Origin: Gemmatimonadota bacterium | GTDB taxonomy: Bacteria; Pseudomonadota; Gammaproteobacteria; Burkholderiales; Burkholderiaceae_F | Assembly (NCBI GenBank): GCA_050258235.1 | Contig: JBLMYK010000329.1 | Span: forward strand, 3,910-67,909 | Length of the DNA: 64,000 nucleotides | Reading direction: 5' to 3' | Shown here: positions 34,765-42,901 of the stretch, in pieces | How positions within the stretch are numbered: position 1 is the stretch's first letter | Layout: every line of letters starts with the position of its first letter | Position numbers and translations under genes: made by a program | The notes under the pieces: generated by a model | Database searches by the model: none | The model's input: the letters and a program-made list of their open reading frames with translations, nothing else | Told to the model about the DNA's origin: nothing

Positions 34765-37245
34765 TCAGCGCAGGCGCATGCGCTTGAGCAGCAGCGCGTT
34801 GGTCACCACGCTGACCGACGAGAACGCCATCGCCGCGCCGGCGATCACCGGCGACAGCATCCCGAACGCGGCGAGTGGAATGCCGATCACGTTGTAGAAG
34901 AACGCCCAGAACAGGTTCTGGCGGATCTTGCGCACGGTGGCGCGCGAGATCTCGATCGCGTCGGCGACCAGGCGCGGGTCGCCGCGCATCAGCGTGATGC
35001 CGGCTGCCTCGATCGCCACGTCGGTGCCGGAGCCCATCGCGATGCCGATGTCCGCCGCGGCGAGCGCGGGGGCGTCGTTGATGCCGTCGCCGACCATCGC
35101 GACCACGCGCCCGCCCTCCTTCAGCGCCTGCACGCGCGCGCTCTTCTCGCGCGGCAACACTCCCGCCTCGAAATGCGCCAGATCCAGCTCGCGCGCGACA
35201 TGCGCGGCGGCCGCCTGGCTGTCGCCCGACAGCATCGTCGTGTCGATGCCCATGCGGTTCAGATGCTGGACCGCGGCGCGCGCGCCGGGCTTTGGCTCGT
35301 CACCGAAGGCCACCAGGCCGAGCAGATGCACACCGTCCGGCGTGCGTTCCGCGAGCCAGGACACCGTGCGGCCCTCCGCCTCGAGCGCCTGAACCTGGGC
35401 GGCCAGGGCGTCGAGCGGCAGGCCGATTTCCTGCATCAGCCGCCGGTTGCCGAACAGCAGTTCGACCTGCGTCGCGCGTCCCTGGTCGTCGAGCAGCCGC
35501 GCGGTCGCGCCGCGACCCGCCAGCGTCTTGTGGGCCTCCGCGCGCCGGCGCGCAACGTCGCGATGTTCTTCGAGCGCGGCACCTACCGCGACCGCAAGCG
35601 GATGCGTGCTGCCGGCGCTGACCGCGGCGGCCAGTGCAAGCACCTCGCGGCCATCGAGCAGGTCATGGCCTATCACGGCGGCAACGCGCGGGCGCCCCTC
35701 CGTCAGCGTGCCGGTCTTGTCGAAGGCGACCACGCGAACGCTGCGTGCGGTTTCGAGCGCCTCCGCGTCGCGGATCAGGATGCCGTTTCTCGCCGCCACG
35801 CCGGTGCCCGCGATGATCGCGGTCGGCGTGGCCAGCCCGAGTGCGCACGGGCAGGCGATCACGAGGACGCTGACCGCGTTGATCAGCGCGGTTTCGAAGG
35901 TCGCGCCGGCCACCATCCAGCCGATCACCGTCGCCGCCGCGATCAGCAGCACCGCCGGGACGAACACCGCGGCCACGCGGTCGACCAGGCGCTGGATCGG
36001 TGCCTTCGCCGCCTGCGCGGTTTCGACCAGGCGGATGATGCGCGCCAGCACCGTCTCGGCGCCGACCGCGGTCGTCTCGACCTCGATGCGCCCGGTCGTG
36101 TTCAGCGAGCCGCCGGTCACCTTGTCGCCGACCTGCTTGTCCACCGGCAGGCCCTCGCCGGTCAGCATCGACTCGTCCACCGCGGTCATTCCCGCGCGCA
36201 CCAGTCCGTCGACCGCGATCCGTTCACCCGGCAGCGCGACCACGATGTCGCCCAGCCGAACCTCGTCGAGCGCCACCGACTGCTCGATGCCATCGCGCAG
36301 CACGCGCGCATCGGTCGGCCGCAGTGCGCCGAGCAGGCGGATCGCCTCCGAGGTGTGATGCTTGGCGCGCGCCTCCAGCCAGCGGCCGAGAAGCACGAGC
36401 GCGATCACCACCGCGGCGGCCTCGAAGTACAGGTGCCCGCCGCGCCCCTCGTCGAGCCACAGGTACAGCGACAGGCCGTACGCGGCCAGCGTGCCGAGGG
36501 AAACCAGCAGGTCCATGTTGCCGGTTCGCGCGCGCAGCGCCTTGCCTGCGGCGACGTAGAAGCGACGCGCGCACCAGAACTGCACCGGGGTGGCGAGCAG
36601 CCATTGCAGCCACGGCGGCAGAGCGACATGGACGTGCAGCAACTGCAGCAGCATCGGCGCCACCAGCGGCGCGGCGAGCAGCAGCGCGACAATGGCATCG
36701 CGCTTCAGCCCCGCGAGCCGGTCCTCCCGCACCGGTGTTGCCTGTTCCTGCGGCGGCTTCGCCTCGTAGCCGGCCCCGGTCACCGCCCGCACCAGGTCGC
36801 GCGCGGTCGCACTGCCGCTGACGAGATCGACGACGGCGGACTCGGACGCGAGGTTCACGCTCGCGTTCAGCACGCCCGGCACCTCGAGCAGCGCCTTCTC
36901 TACGCGTGCCACGCAGCTGGCGCAGGTCATGCCCTCGATCGCGAGCCGGATCGATTGCGTCGGCACTTCGTAGCCGGCATCGGCCACCGCGCCGCGCAAT
37001 GCGGCGAGCGCGCTGCGCCGTGCGGGTGCATCCAGAGCGCCGGTTTCGACCGCGGCCGATTCGGTCGCGAGGTTCACCGCGACGCTGCGGACGCCGGGCA
37101 CGCCGTTCAGCGCCTTTTCCACGTGCGCCACGCACGACGCGCAGGTCATTCCGTGCACCGGAAGGACGAGGCGTGCCGACGGCGCGCCGGTCGCGCTCAG
37201 GGTTTCGGGTCGGACGCGTTGATCCATCGAAGCCAATCGTTTCAA
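34765..37245 (-). CDS. copA: copper-translocating P1B-type ATPase
   Basis: It has two HMA domains (GMTCASC twice), [11 protein letters not shown] (CPC), DKTGTLT and GDGINDAP. The start may be the internal MDQRV. Confidence 0.95.
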   Translation of the reverse strand: MKRLASMDQRVRPETLSATGAPSARLVLPVHGMTCASCVAHVEKALNGVPGVRSVAVNLATESAAVETGALDAPARRSALAALRGAVADAGYEVPTQSIRLAIEGMTCASCVARVEKALLEVPGVLNASVNLASESAVVDLVSGSATARDLVRAVTGAGYEAKPPQEQATPVREDRLAGLKRDAIVALLLAAPLVAPMLLQLLHVHVALPPWLQWLLATPVQFWCARRFYVAAGKALRARTGNMDLLVSLGTLAAYGLSLYLWLDEGRGGHLYFEAAAVVIALVLLGRWLEARAKHHTSEAIRLLGALRPTDARVLRDGIEQSVALDEVRLGDIVVALPGERIAVDGLVRAGMTAVDESMLTGEGLPVDKQVGDKVTGGSLNTTGRIEVETTAVGAETVLARIIRLVETAQAAKAPIQRLVDRVAAVFVPAVLLIAAATVIGWMVAGATFETALINAVSVLVIACPCALGLATPTAIIAGTGVAARNGILIRDAEALETARSVRVVAFDKTGTLTEGRPRVAAVIGHDLLDGREVLALAAAVSAGSTHPLAVAVGAALEEHRDVARRRAEAHKTLAGRGATARLLDDQGRATQVELLFGNRRLMQEIGLPLDALAAQVQALEAEGRTVSWLAERTPDGVHLLGLVAFGDEPKPGARAAVQHLNRMGIDTTMLSGDSQAAAAHVARELDLAHFEAGVLPREKSARVQALKEGGRVVAMVGDGINDAPALAAADIGIAMGSGTDVAIEAAGITLMRGDPRLVADAIEISRATVRKIRQNLFWAFFYNVIGIPLAAFGMLSPVIAGAAMAFSSVSVVTNALLLKRMRLR

Positions 37246-37368
37246 CAGCGCAAGCCTAGCGCGGCCAGCGCGCGCGGGGCCGGACTCGGTTTGATCCGTC
37301 GCAAGGCGATCACGGATCGCGCCAGTTTGGATTCCCTGGCGCGGCAGCGAGTTCCGACCGAGGCCCCG

Positions 37369-37875
37369 TTACGCGGGTCCGATGAAGTCGCGCTTGCCGA
37401 TCTCGACGCCGTTGTGGCGCAGGATTGCGTAGGCGGTGGTGACGTGGAAATAGAAGTTCGGCATCGCCCGCTGCAGCAGATAGGGCGCGCCCTCCAGCTT
37501 GACCGTCTCGCCCCGTACCTTCAGCGTCACCTCGCGCTCGTCCGCGCCCTCGAACTGCTCCGGCTTGAAACCCTGCACGAAATCGACCGTGCGCCTGAGG
37601 CGCGCCTGCAGGTCGGCGAAGCTCGCTTCGTTGTCCTCCCATGCGGGCGGCTCCTGGCCCGCGAGCCGGCTCGTCGCTCCCTTGGCGAAATCCGATGCGA
37701 GCTGAACCTGGCGCGCGAGCGGAAACATGTCGGGGAACAGGCGCGCACTCAGCAGCACCGACGGATCGATCTTGCGGCTTTCGGCGAACGCCGCCGCCTT
37801 ATCGAGGAGCGCCGACAGGTTGGTCAGCATCCGGACGAACACCGGCACGGAGGCCGTGTATGCGTTGACTTTCAT
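37369..37875 (-). CDS. DUF1993-family protein
   Basis: The start is at MKVNAYTASVPVFVRMLTNLSALLDKA, and the protein is 168 aa. The C-terminus is FYFHVTTAYAILRHNGVEIGKRDFIG. Confidence 0.85.
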   Translation of the reverse strand: MKVNAYTASVPVFVRMLTNLSALLDKAAAFAESRKIDPSVLLSARLFPDMFPLARQVQLASDFAKGATSRLAGQEPPAWEDNEASFADLQARLRRTVDFVQGFKPEQFEGADEREVTLKVRGETVKLEGAPYLLQRAMPNFYFHVTTAYAILRHNGVEIGKRDFIGPA

Positions 37876-37883
37876 CGATTCCC

Positions 37884-38357
37884 CTAGCTGCGCTTGCGCA
37901 GGGCGAGCATCGTACCGCGGCAGTCGCGCGCGCCGCACAGGCAGCGGTACTGCCTCTTCAGCGTCGGCGTGATGCGCTCGTCGATGACCAGCGAGTAGTC
38001 GTAGAAGAGTTCCTCGCCGGGCTTGATGTCGCGCAGCGCGTCGATATACACGTGTCCGTCCTCCTCCTCGGTCTCGCAGTTCGGCGCGCACGAATGGTTG
38101 ATCCAGCGCGCGGCATTGCCGCCGACGTTGGCATCGATCACGTGCTTGCCGTCTTCGAGCGAGAAGAAGAAGGTGTGGTGCGGATCGTCAGGGTCGGACG
38201 GCGGCCGGCGATCGGCCTCCTTCCAGGTGATCACCTCGCCCTTGTATTCGATGATCCGCTCGCCCTTCCTGATGCGGCGGCCGGCGTACACGCCACGGCC
38301 GTGGATGCCCGAGTTGCGAACGATGATTTTCGGTCTGGCCTTCGATGCGACTGACAT
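37884..38357 (-). CDS. SET-domain protein (putative protein-lysine methyltransferase)
   Basis: 157 aa with GRGVYA, RWINHSCAPNC, ELFYDY and a post-SET Cys cluster CLCGARDCRG. Confidence 0.9.
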   Translation of the reverse strand: MSVASKARPKIIVRNSGIHGRGVYAGRRIRKGERIIEYKGEVITWKEADRRPPSDPDDPHHTFFFSLEDGKHVIDANVGGNAARWINHSCAPNCETEEEDGHVYIDALRDIKPGEELFYDYSLVIDERITPTLKRQYRCLCGARDCRGTMLALRKRS

Positions 38358-38414
38358 GCGGGACGCGACAGAGGTGCGGATGCGGCGCGCAAGTATGCCG
38401 CAATCCTCATGCGT

Positions 38415-39281
38415 TCACCGTGCGCCCAGCGCGGCGATGATCGCTGCGGCCTGCGCGGCGTAGCCGCCGCCGAACAGGTTGGCGTGGTTCAGCACGTGAT
38501 ACAGCTGATACAGCGACAGGCGTTGCAGCGCGCCTTCGCTTGGCGCGCGGGCGGCCTGGTATGCGGCATGGAACGCGCGCGGAAAACCGCCGAACAGGCG
38601 CGTCATCGCAATGTCGGTCTCGGCGTCGCCGTGGTAGGTGGCGGGATCGAAGACGACCGGCTCGCCGCGCGCATCGAACGCAAGGTTGCCGCGCCACAGG
38701 TCGCCGTGCAGCAGCGACGCGGCCGGGGTGTGAGCCAAGAGCAGCCGGTCGCTGGCCCTGCAGGCGCGCTCCTCGAGCGCGGCCAGCGTGGCCAATCCGC
38801 GCGCCTGCGCGAAGCGGAACTGCGGCCGCAGGCGGCGCTCGCGCCAGAACTCGGCCCAGCTTGCGCACCGCGCATTGAACTGCGGCGTCGCCCCGATCGA
38901 ATTGTCGCGCGGCCAGCCATACGCCGAACTGGCGATCGCGTGCAGCGCGGCACATCGTTCGCCGGCGGCACTCCAGTCGCCGTCGGCGGCCAGGTCGATC
39001 CACTCGAGCAGCAGGAACGCCTGTCCGTCCGCACTGCCGTGCGCGACCGGCCGCGGCGTGCGCAGCGTGCGCGTCGCGGCGATCTCGGCGAGCGCCTGCG
39101 CTTCGGCGGCAAACGGGTGTGCGGCGGCACCGAGCTTCAGGAAGAACCGATCCGTCGCCGCGTCGATGCGATAGGTCGCGCCGAACGAGCCGCCACCGAG
39201 CGCAAGGGCCGCGCGGACCGGGCCGGCGCCACTGCCGCGCAACGCCTCGTCGATCGCGGCACGCAGCGCGCCGGCGAGCAT
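38415..39281 (-). CDS. fructosamine/ketosamine-3-kinase-family protein
   Basis: 288 aa with FLKL, LLLEWI, the catalytic-loop-like LLHGDLWRGN, FDPATYHGDAETDIAM and a YQLYHVLNH tail. Confidence 0.9.
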   Translation of the reverse strand: MLAGALRAAIDEALRGSGAGPVRAALALGGGSFGATYRIDAATDRFFLKLGAAAHPFAAEAQALAEIAATRTLRTPRPVAHGSADGQAFLLLEWIDLAADGDWSAAGERCAALHAIASSAYGWPRDNSIGATPQFNARCASWAEFWRERRLRPQFRFAQARGLATLAALEERACRASDRLLLAHTPAASLLHGDLWRGNLAFDARGEPVVFDPATYHGDAETDIAMTRLFGGFPRAFHAAYQAARAPSEGALQRLSLYQLYHVLNHANLFGGGYAAQAAAIIAALGAR

Positions 39282-39282
39282 G

Positions 39283-41370
39283 TCAGTCGAACAGGGCGGA
39301 TCTCAGCTCCGCCAGCGGACGCGTCTTCAGCACGTCGAGCAGGTTGTTGAACTGGTCGGTCCAGAGCGAGTACTGCGGCTGCGGCGCGATGGTCTGCACG
39401 CGGTCCGCGAGCAGGTCGCTGTCGAACACGCGCGGGTCCTTTGCCAGCAGCACCCAGTCCGTGCTCGATGCGCCGCTCTCGTCCGACGGGGCATCGGCGA
39501 CGAGCCGCACCGACAGTCCGGTGGCGACCCCGATGTTGGCCAGCACCGGCTTCAGATCGAGAAAGCGGTTCGAGACGTGGACCGCGATGATTCCGGCGGG
39601 CGCGATCTCGCGCGCATAGACCTCGATCGCCTGCCTCGTGATCAGGTGCACCGGGATCGAGTCGCTGGAGAACGCATCGATCGCCAGCACATCGAAGCGC
39701 TGCGGGCGCTGCTCGCGCAGTTCGCGCTCCATCGACAGGCGCGCGTCGCCGAGCACGAACTCGAGCCGCGCCGGCGATTCCCTCAGGTACCAGAAGCGCG
39801 TCCGCGCCAGTTCGAGCACGTCGGGGTCGAGCTCGTAGAAGCGCACCACATCGCCGGCACGGCCGTACGCCGACAGCGTGCCCACGCCGAGGCCGACCAC
39901 GCCGAGCCGGACCGGTCCGAGCTCCTGCTTGCTCTCGATCGCCAGACCGACGCCCGAACTGCGCGCGTAGTAGGTGCCGGGTTCGAACTTGTGCGGCCCG
40001 CGCACGAACTGCTCGCCATGCAGGATCACGCCATGCAGCAGGCGCCACACTTCGTGGTCGCCGCTGCCCTGGACCTTCACGCGCAGCATGCCGTAGAAAT
40101 TGCGTTGCATGACGAGCACGTCGTTCCTGAGGAATTCGCGGTAGGCCAGCCCGTAGTAGCAGGTCGCGATCGATGCGATCAGCGCGGGGCCGATCAGCGC
40201 CTTCAGGCCCCACGAGAACCACAGCGCCAGCGCCGCCAGCGTTGCCAGCGCCAGCGGCAGCTCGTAATAGGCGGGAAAGATGCGCGGCGCGACCATACCG
40301 ACGAACAGGCCGCCGAGCGCGCCGCCGAGCGAAATCATCAGGTAGAACTGGGTCAGGTAGCGGGGCGCGGGCTTGCGCTGTGCGAGTTCGCCATGGCAGA
40401 ACACGCAGGCCAGGAAGACGCCGATGCAATACAGCGGGATCGCGACATCGATGTCGAGCACGCCGCGCGCGGCGGACAGGCCCCAGGCCATCGCGACCAC
40501 GACGACCAGTGTCGGGAACATCCACCAGCGGCGGTCGTACCAGCCGCGGCCGCCGCGCCCCTCGAACGCGATCACGAAGCTCGCCAGATAAAGCGTCAGC
40601 GGCAGCACCCACAGGAAGGGCACCGAGGCGATGTTCTGCGTCATGTGACTGGTCGCGGCAAGCAGCATCACCGATCCGAGTGCGGACAGCGCAAGCCACA
40701 GCGCGTAGTCGCCGGCGCGCGGTGCGTGATCATCGGTGCGCGCCGCGATCGAGTCCGTTGGCGCGGTGGCGACTCCAGCCTGCGCGCCGGACCGCGTGCG
40801 CGCCTGCCACGCGGTGAGTCCGCACACCAGCACGAACAGCGCGTACGCCGCGCTCCACGCGTACGACTGCACCGCCGACGACGCGAACGGCTCGATCGCG
40901 AACGGGAACGCGAGCAGGCCGACCAGCGAACCGAAGTTCGACAGCGCAAACAGCCGGTAGACGGTCTTCTCGGCAAACCGGTGCGCCACCCATTTCTGCA
41001 GCAGGGGTCCGGTGGTCGAAAGCAGGAAGTACGGCAGTCCGACGGTCGCGGCCAGCAGCACGATGATGCTCAGCGCCGCGTCTTCCGCGCCGGCCGGCTT
41101 CAGGGACTCGCGCGGGATGATCGGCAGGAACGCAAGGCTGGCCACCAGCAGCGCGATGTGCACCAGCGACTGGCTGCGCGCGGACAGCCGGCGCGTCAGC
41201 AGGTGCGAGTACGTGTAGCCGGCCAGCAGCAGCACCTGAAAGAACACCAGGCAGGTGGTCCAGACCGCGGAAGTGCCGCCGAACCACGGCAGGATCTGCT
41301 TGGCGACGATCGGCTGCACCAGGAACAGCAGGAACGCCGACAGCAGGATCGTGAAGGCGAACAGCGGCAT
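39283..41370 (-). CDS. polytopic membrane domain fused to a spermidine-synthase-like methyltransferase fold
   Basis: The start is at MPLFAFTILLSAFLLFLVQPIVAKQILPWFGG. An in-frame GTG at 41469 is an alternative start. About 12 or more TM helices are followed by a SpeE-like C-terminal half (LGVVGLGVGTL...FDVLAIDAFSSDSIPVHL). Confidence 0.85.
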   Translation of the reverse strand: MPLFAFTILLSAFLLFLVQPIVAKQILPWFGGTSAVWTTCLVFFQVLLLAGYTYSHLLTRRLSARSQSLVHIALLVASLAFLPIIPRESLKPAGAEDAALSIIVLLAATVGLPYFLLSTTGPLLQKWVAHRFAEKTVYRLFALSNFGSLVGLLAFPFAIEPFASSAVQSYAWSAAYALFVLVCGLTAWQARTRSGAQAGVATAPTDSIAARTDDHAPRAGDYALWLALSALGSVMLLAATSHMTQNIASVPFLWVLPLTLYLASFVIAFEGRGGRGWYDRRWWMFPTLVVVVAMAWGLSAARGVLDIDVAIPLYCIGVFLACVFCHGELAQRKPAPRYLTQFYLMISLGGALGGLFVGMVAPRIFPAYYELPLALATLAALALWFSWGLKALIGPALIASIATCYYGLAYREFLRNDVLVMQRNFYGMLRVKVQGSGDHEVWRLLHGVILHGEQFVRGPHKFEPGTYYARSSGVGLAIESKQELGPVRLGVVGLGVGTLSAYGRAGDVVRFYELDPDVLELARTRFWYLRESPARLEFVLGDARLSMERELREQRPQRFDVLAIDAFSSDSIPVHLITRQAIEVYAREIAPAGIIAVHVSNRFLDLKPVLANIGVATGLSVRLVADAPSDESGASSTDWVLLAKDPRVFDSDLLADRVQTIAPQPQYSLWTDQFNNLLDVLKTRPLAELRSALFD

Positions 41371-41371
41371 C

Positions 41372-41403
41372 GACGGCGGGACGGCGGGACGGCGGGTGCG
41401 GCG
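41372..41403. repeat. octanucleotide tandem repeat (GACGGCGG x3 plus one degenerate unit)
   Basis: GACGGCGG occurs at 41372, 41380 and 41388, then GTGCGGCG at 41396. It abuts the ATG of the SpeE-like gene on the minus strand. Confidence 0.8.
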
Positions 41404-41715
41404 CGCGGGACGAAAAAGGGTCGCGGGGGAGGAGAAACGGCGCGCGATTGTCGCACGGGGTCGCGGCACATCGACTGATCCTGCGTAATCCGCCGAAGAC
41501 ACACCCCACTTCGACCGTTTGGCAGGCCCGGCATGGCTCAAGTGCAGCAACAACGTTGCCGAGTAGTCAGGGGAAGACGAGCGCACGGCCGCGACAGTCG
41601 CGCCGCCGATCGTTCGCGGTCCCCACCCGATGCGGGCGGCGGCCGCGGTTCACGCTGGAGAGACTGCTTGTTCGCAGCGCCCGAAACCCGAGGCGGTGGC
41701 GAAGCCCCCGTTCCC

Positions 41716-42894
41716 TTGCTGCAATCGATCCGCGCGCAGTGGTGCACGATCGTCGCGCGCGACCGGCGGCCGATCGGCGTGCGTGTCGCATTGCGGGCTG
41801 CCGCCGGCATGACGGGCGCGGCGGCCCTGCCGCAGGTGCTGGCGGCGGTGGTCGAGGGATTCAGCGCCGGAGGCGGCGCGCCGTTTCCACGCGGGCTCGT
41901 CGTGCTGGCGCCGCAGGGATTCGCCATCGACGACGCGCTGCTCGGCTGGTCGGCGCCGCGCAATGTCCTGCTCGAAGTCGGAATCGCCGAATTGGCGGCC
42001 GATGCGCAGGTCGAGCGCCTGCATCAGGTGCAGCGCAACGGCACGCGTCTGGTGCTGCGCGTCGACGATGGTCATGTGCTCAATGCCGGTGCCGCCAGCG
42101 TATTCCAGTACGCGCTCGCCGATGTGCGCCTGCGACCAGGCGGCCTGCTGGCCCGGATCGGCTGGCTCGCCTCCGGCGCCGCGACACGCGAGGAGGCCGA
42201 GCAGGCGTTCGGCGCCGGTGCGCATGCGATCGTCGGCTGGCCGGTCAACGAGGCGAAAGCGGAAGCTCCGGGCGCCCTGCATCCGTCGCAGACGGCGGTG
42301 CTCGAGCTCGTGCGTCTGCTGCAGGCCGACGCCGAGGTCGCCGAGCTGGAGCAGACGTTCAGGAGCGAGCCGGTGCTGGCCTATCTGCTGATCACGCTTG
42401 CGAACAGTCCCGCATTCCGGCGCGGCACCCCGATCGGCTCGGTTTCGCAGGCGATCGCGCTGCTCGGCTACCGGCGCCTGCTGAAATGGATGATCCTGCT
42501 GCTGGTGATCGCATCGAAGGGCAGCCGCACGCTGCCGCAGATCTACGCTGCGGTCGCGCGCGGCTTCTTCATCGAGAACCTAGCGCTGGAGCTGAACGCT
42601 CCGGAAGTGAGCCAGGACGGCTTCGTGATCGGGGCCTTCTCCCTGCTGGACCGGATCACCGGCATGTCGGCGCGCGAACTGCTCGGTTCGATCGAGTTGC
42701 CGCCGTCGATCAGCGATGCGGTGCTGAACGATGCCGGCCCGGCGGCGCCCTACCTGCGGCTGGCGCGCGCGCTCGAGGGCGTGTCGGATCCCGCGCACCC
42801 GGCGAGCGAAGTCCCGGCCGCAGCGCCGGCGCAGGTCAATCTGGCGCTGCTGCAGGCGCTCGCCGCCACCGACGCGCTGCAGAGCTTGATGTAG
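41716..42894 (+). CDS. degenerate EAL-like plus HDOD domain signalling protein
   Basis: The track ORF starts at 41533, but its first roughly 60 codons look non-coding. The TTG at 41716 gives LLQSIRAQWCTIVARDRRPIGVRVALR, which resembles the N-terminus of this family. The HDOD part reads LLQADAEVAELEQTFRSEPVLAYLLITLANSPAF...AIALLGYRRL. The start is uncertain. Confidence 0.75.
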   Translation: MLQSIRAQWCTIVARDRRPIGVRVALRAAAGMTGAAALPQVLAAVVEGFSAGGGAPFPRGLVVLAPQGFAIDDALLGWSAPRNVLLEVGIAELAADAQVERLHQVQRNGTRLVLRVDDGHVLNAGAASVFQYALADVRLRPGGLLARIGWLASGAATREEAEQAFGAGAHAIVGWPVNEAKAEAPGALHPSQTAVLELVRLLQADAEVAELEQTFRSEPVLAYLLITLANSPAFRRGTPIGSVSQAIALLGYRRLLKWMILLLVIASKGSRTLPQIYAAVARGFFIENLALELNAPEVSQDGFVIGAFSLLDRITGMSARELLGSIELPPSISDAVLNDAGPAAPYLRLARALEGVSDPAHPASEVPAAAPAQVNLALLQALAATDALQSLM

Positions 42895-42901
42895 CGCCGC
42901 T

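Noticed and set aside
34441-37887. 1148-aa plus-strand ORF, the longest in the track
   Set aside because: It is antisense to copA and DUF1993, which both have unambiguous motifs (GMTCASC, CPC, DKTGT). The translation is an Arg/Gly/Asp/His-rich string with no motifs.
39280-41478. 732-aa plus-strand ORF. The same applies to the 42750-45362 minus (870 aa) and 56844-59204 minus (786 aa) ORFs.
   Set aside because: All three are antisense or off-frame relative to the SpeE-like gene, topB, and trkA/trkH respectively. All have Arg-rich low-complexity translations.
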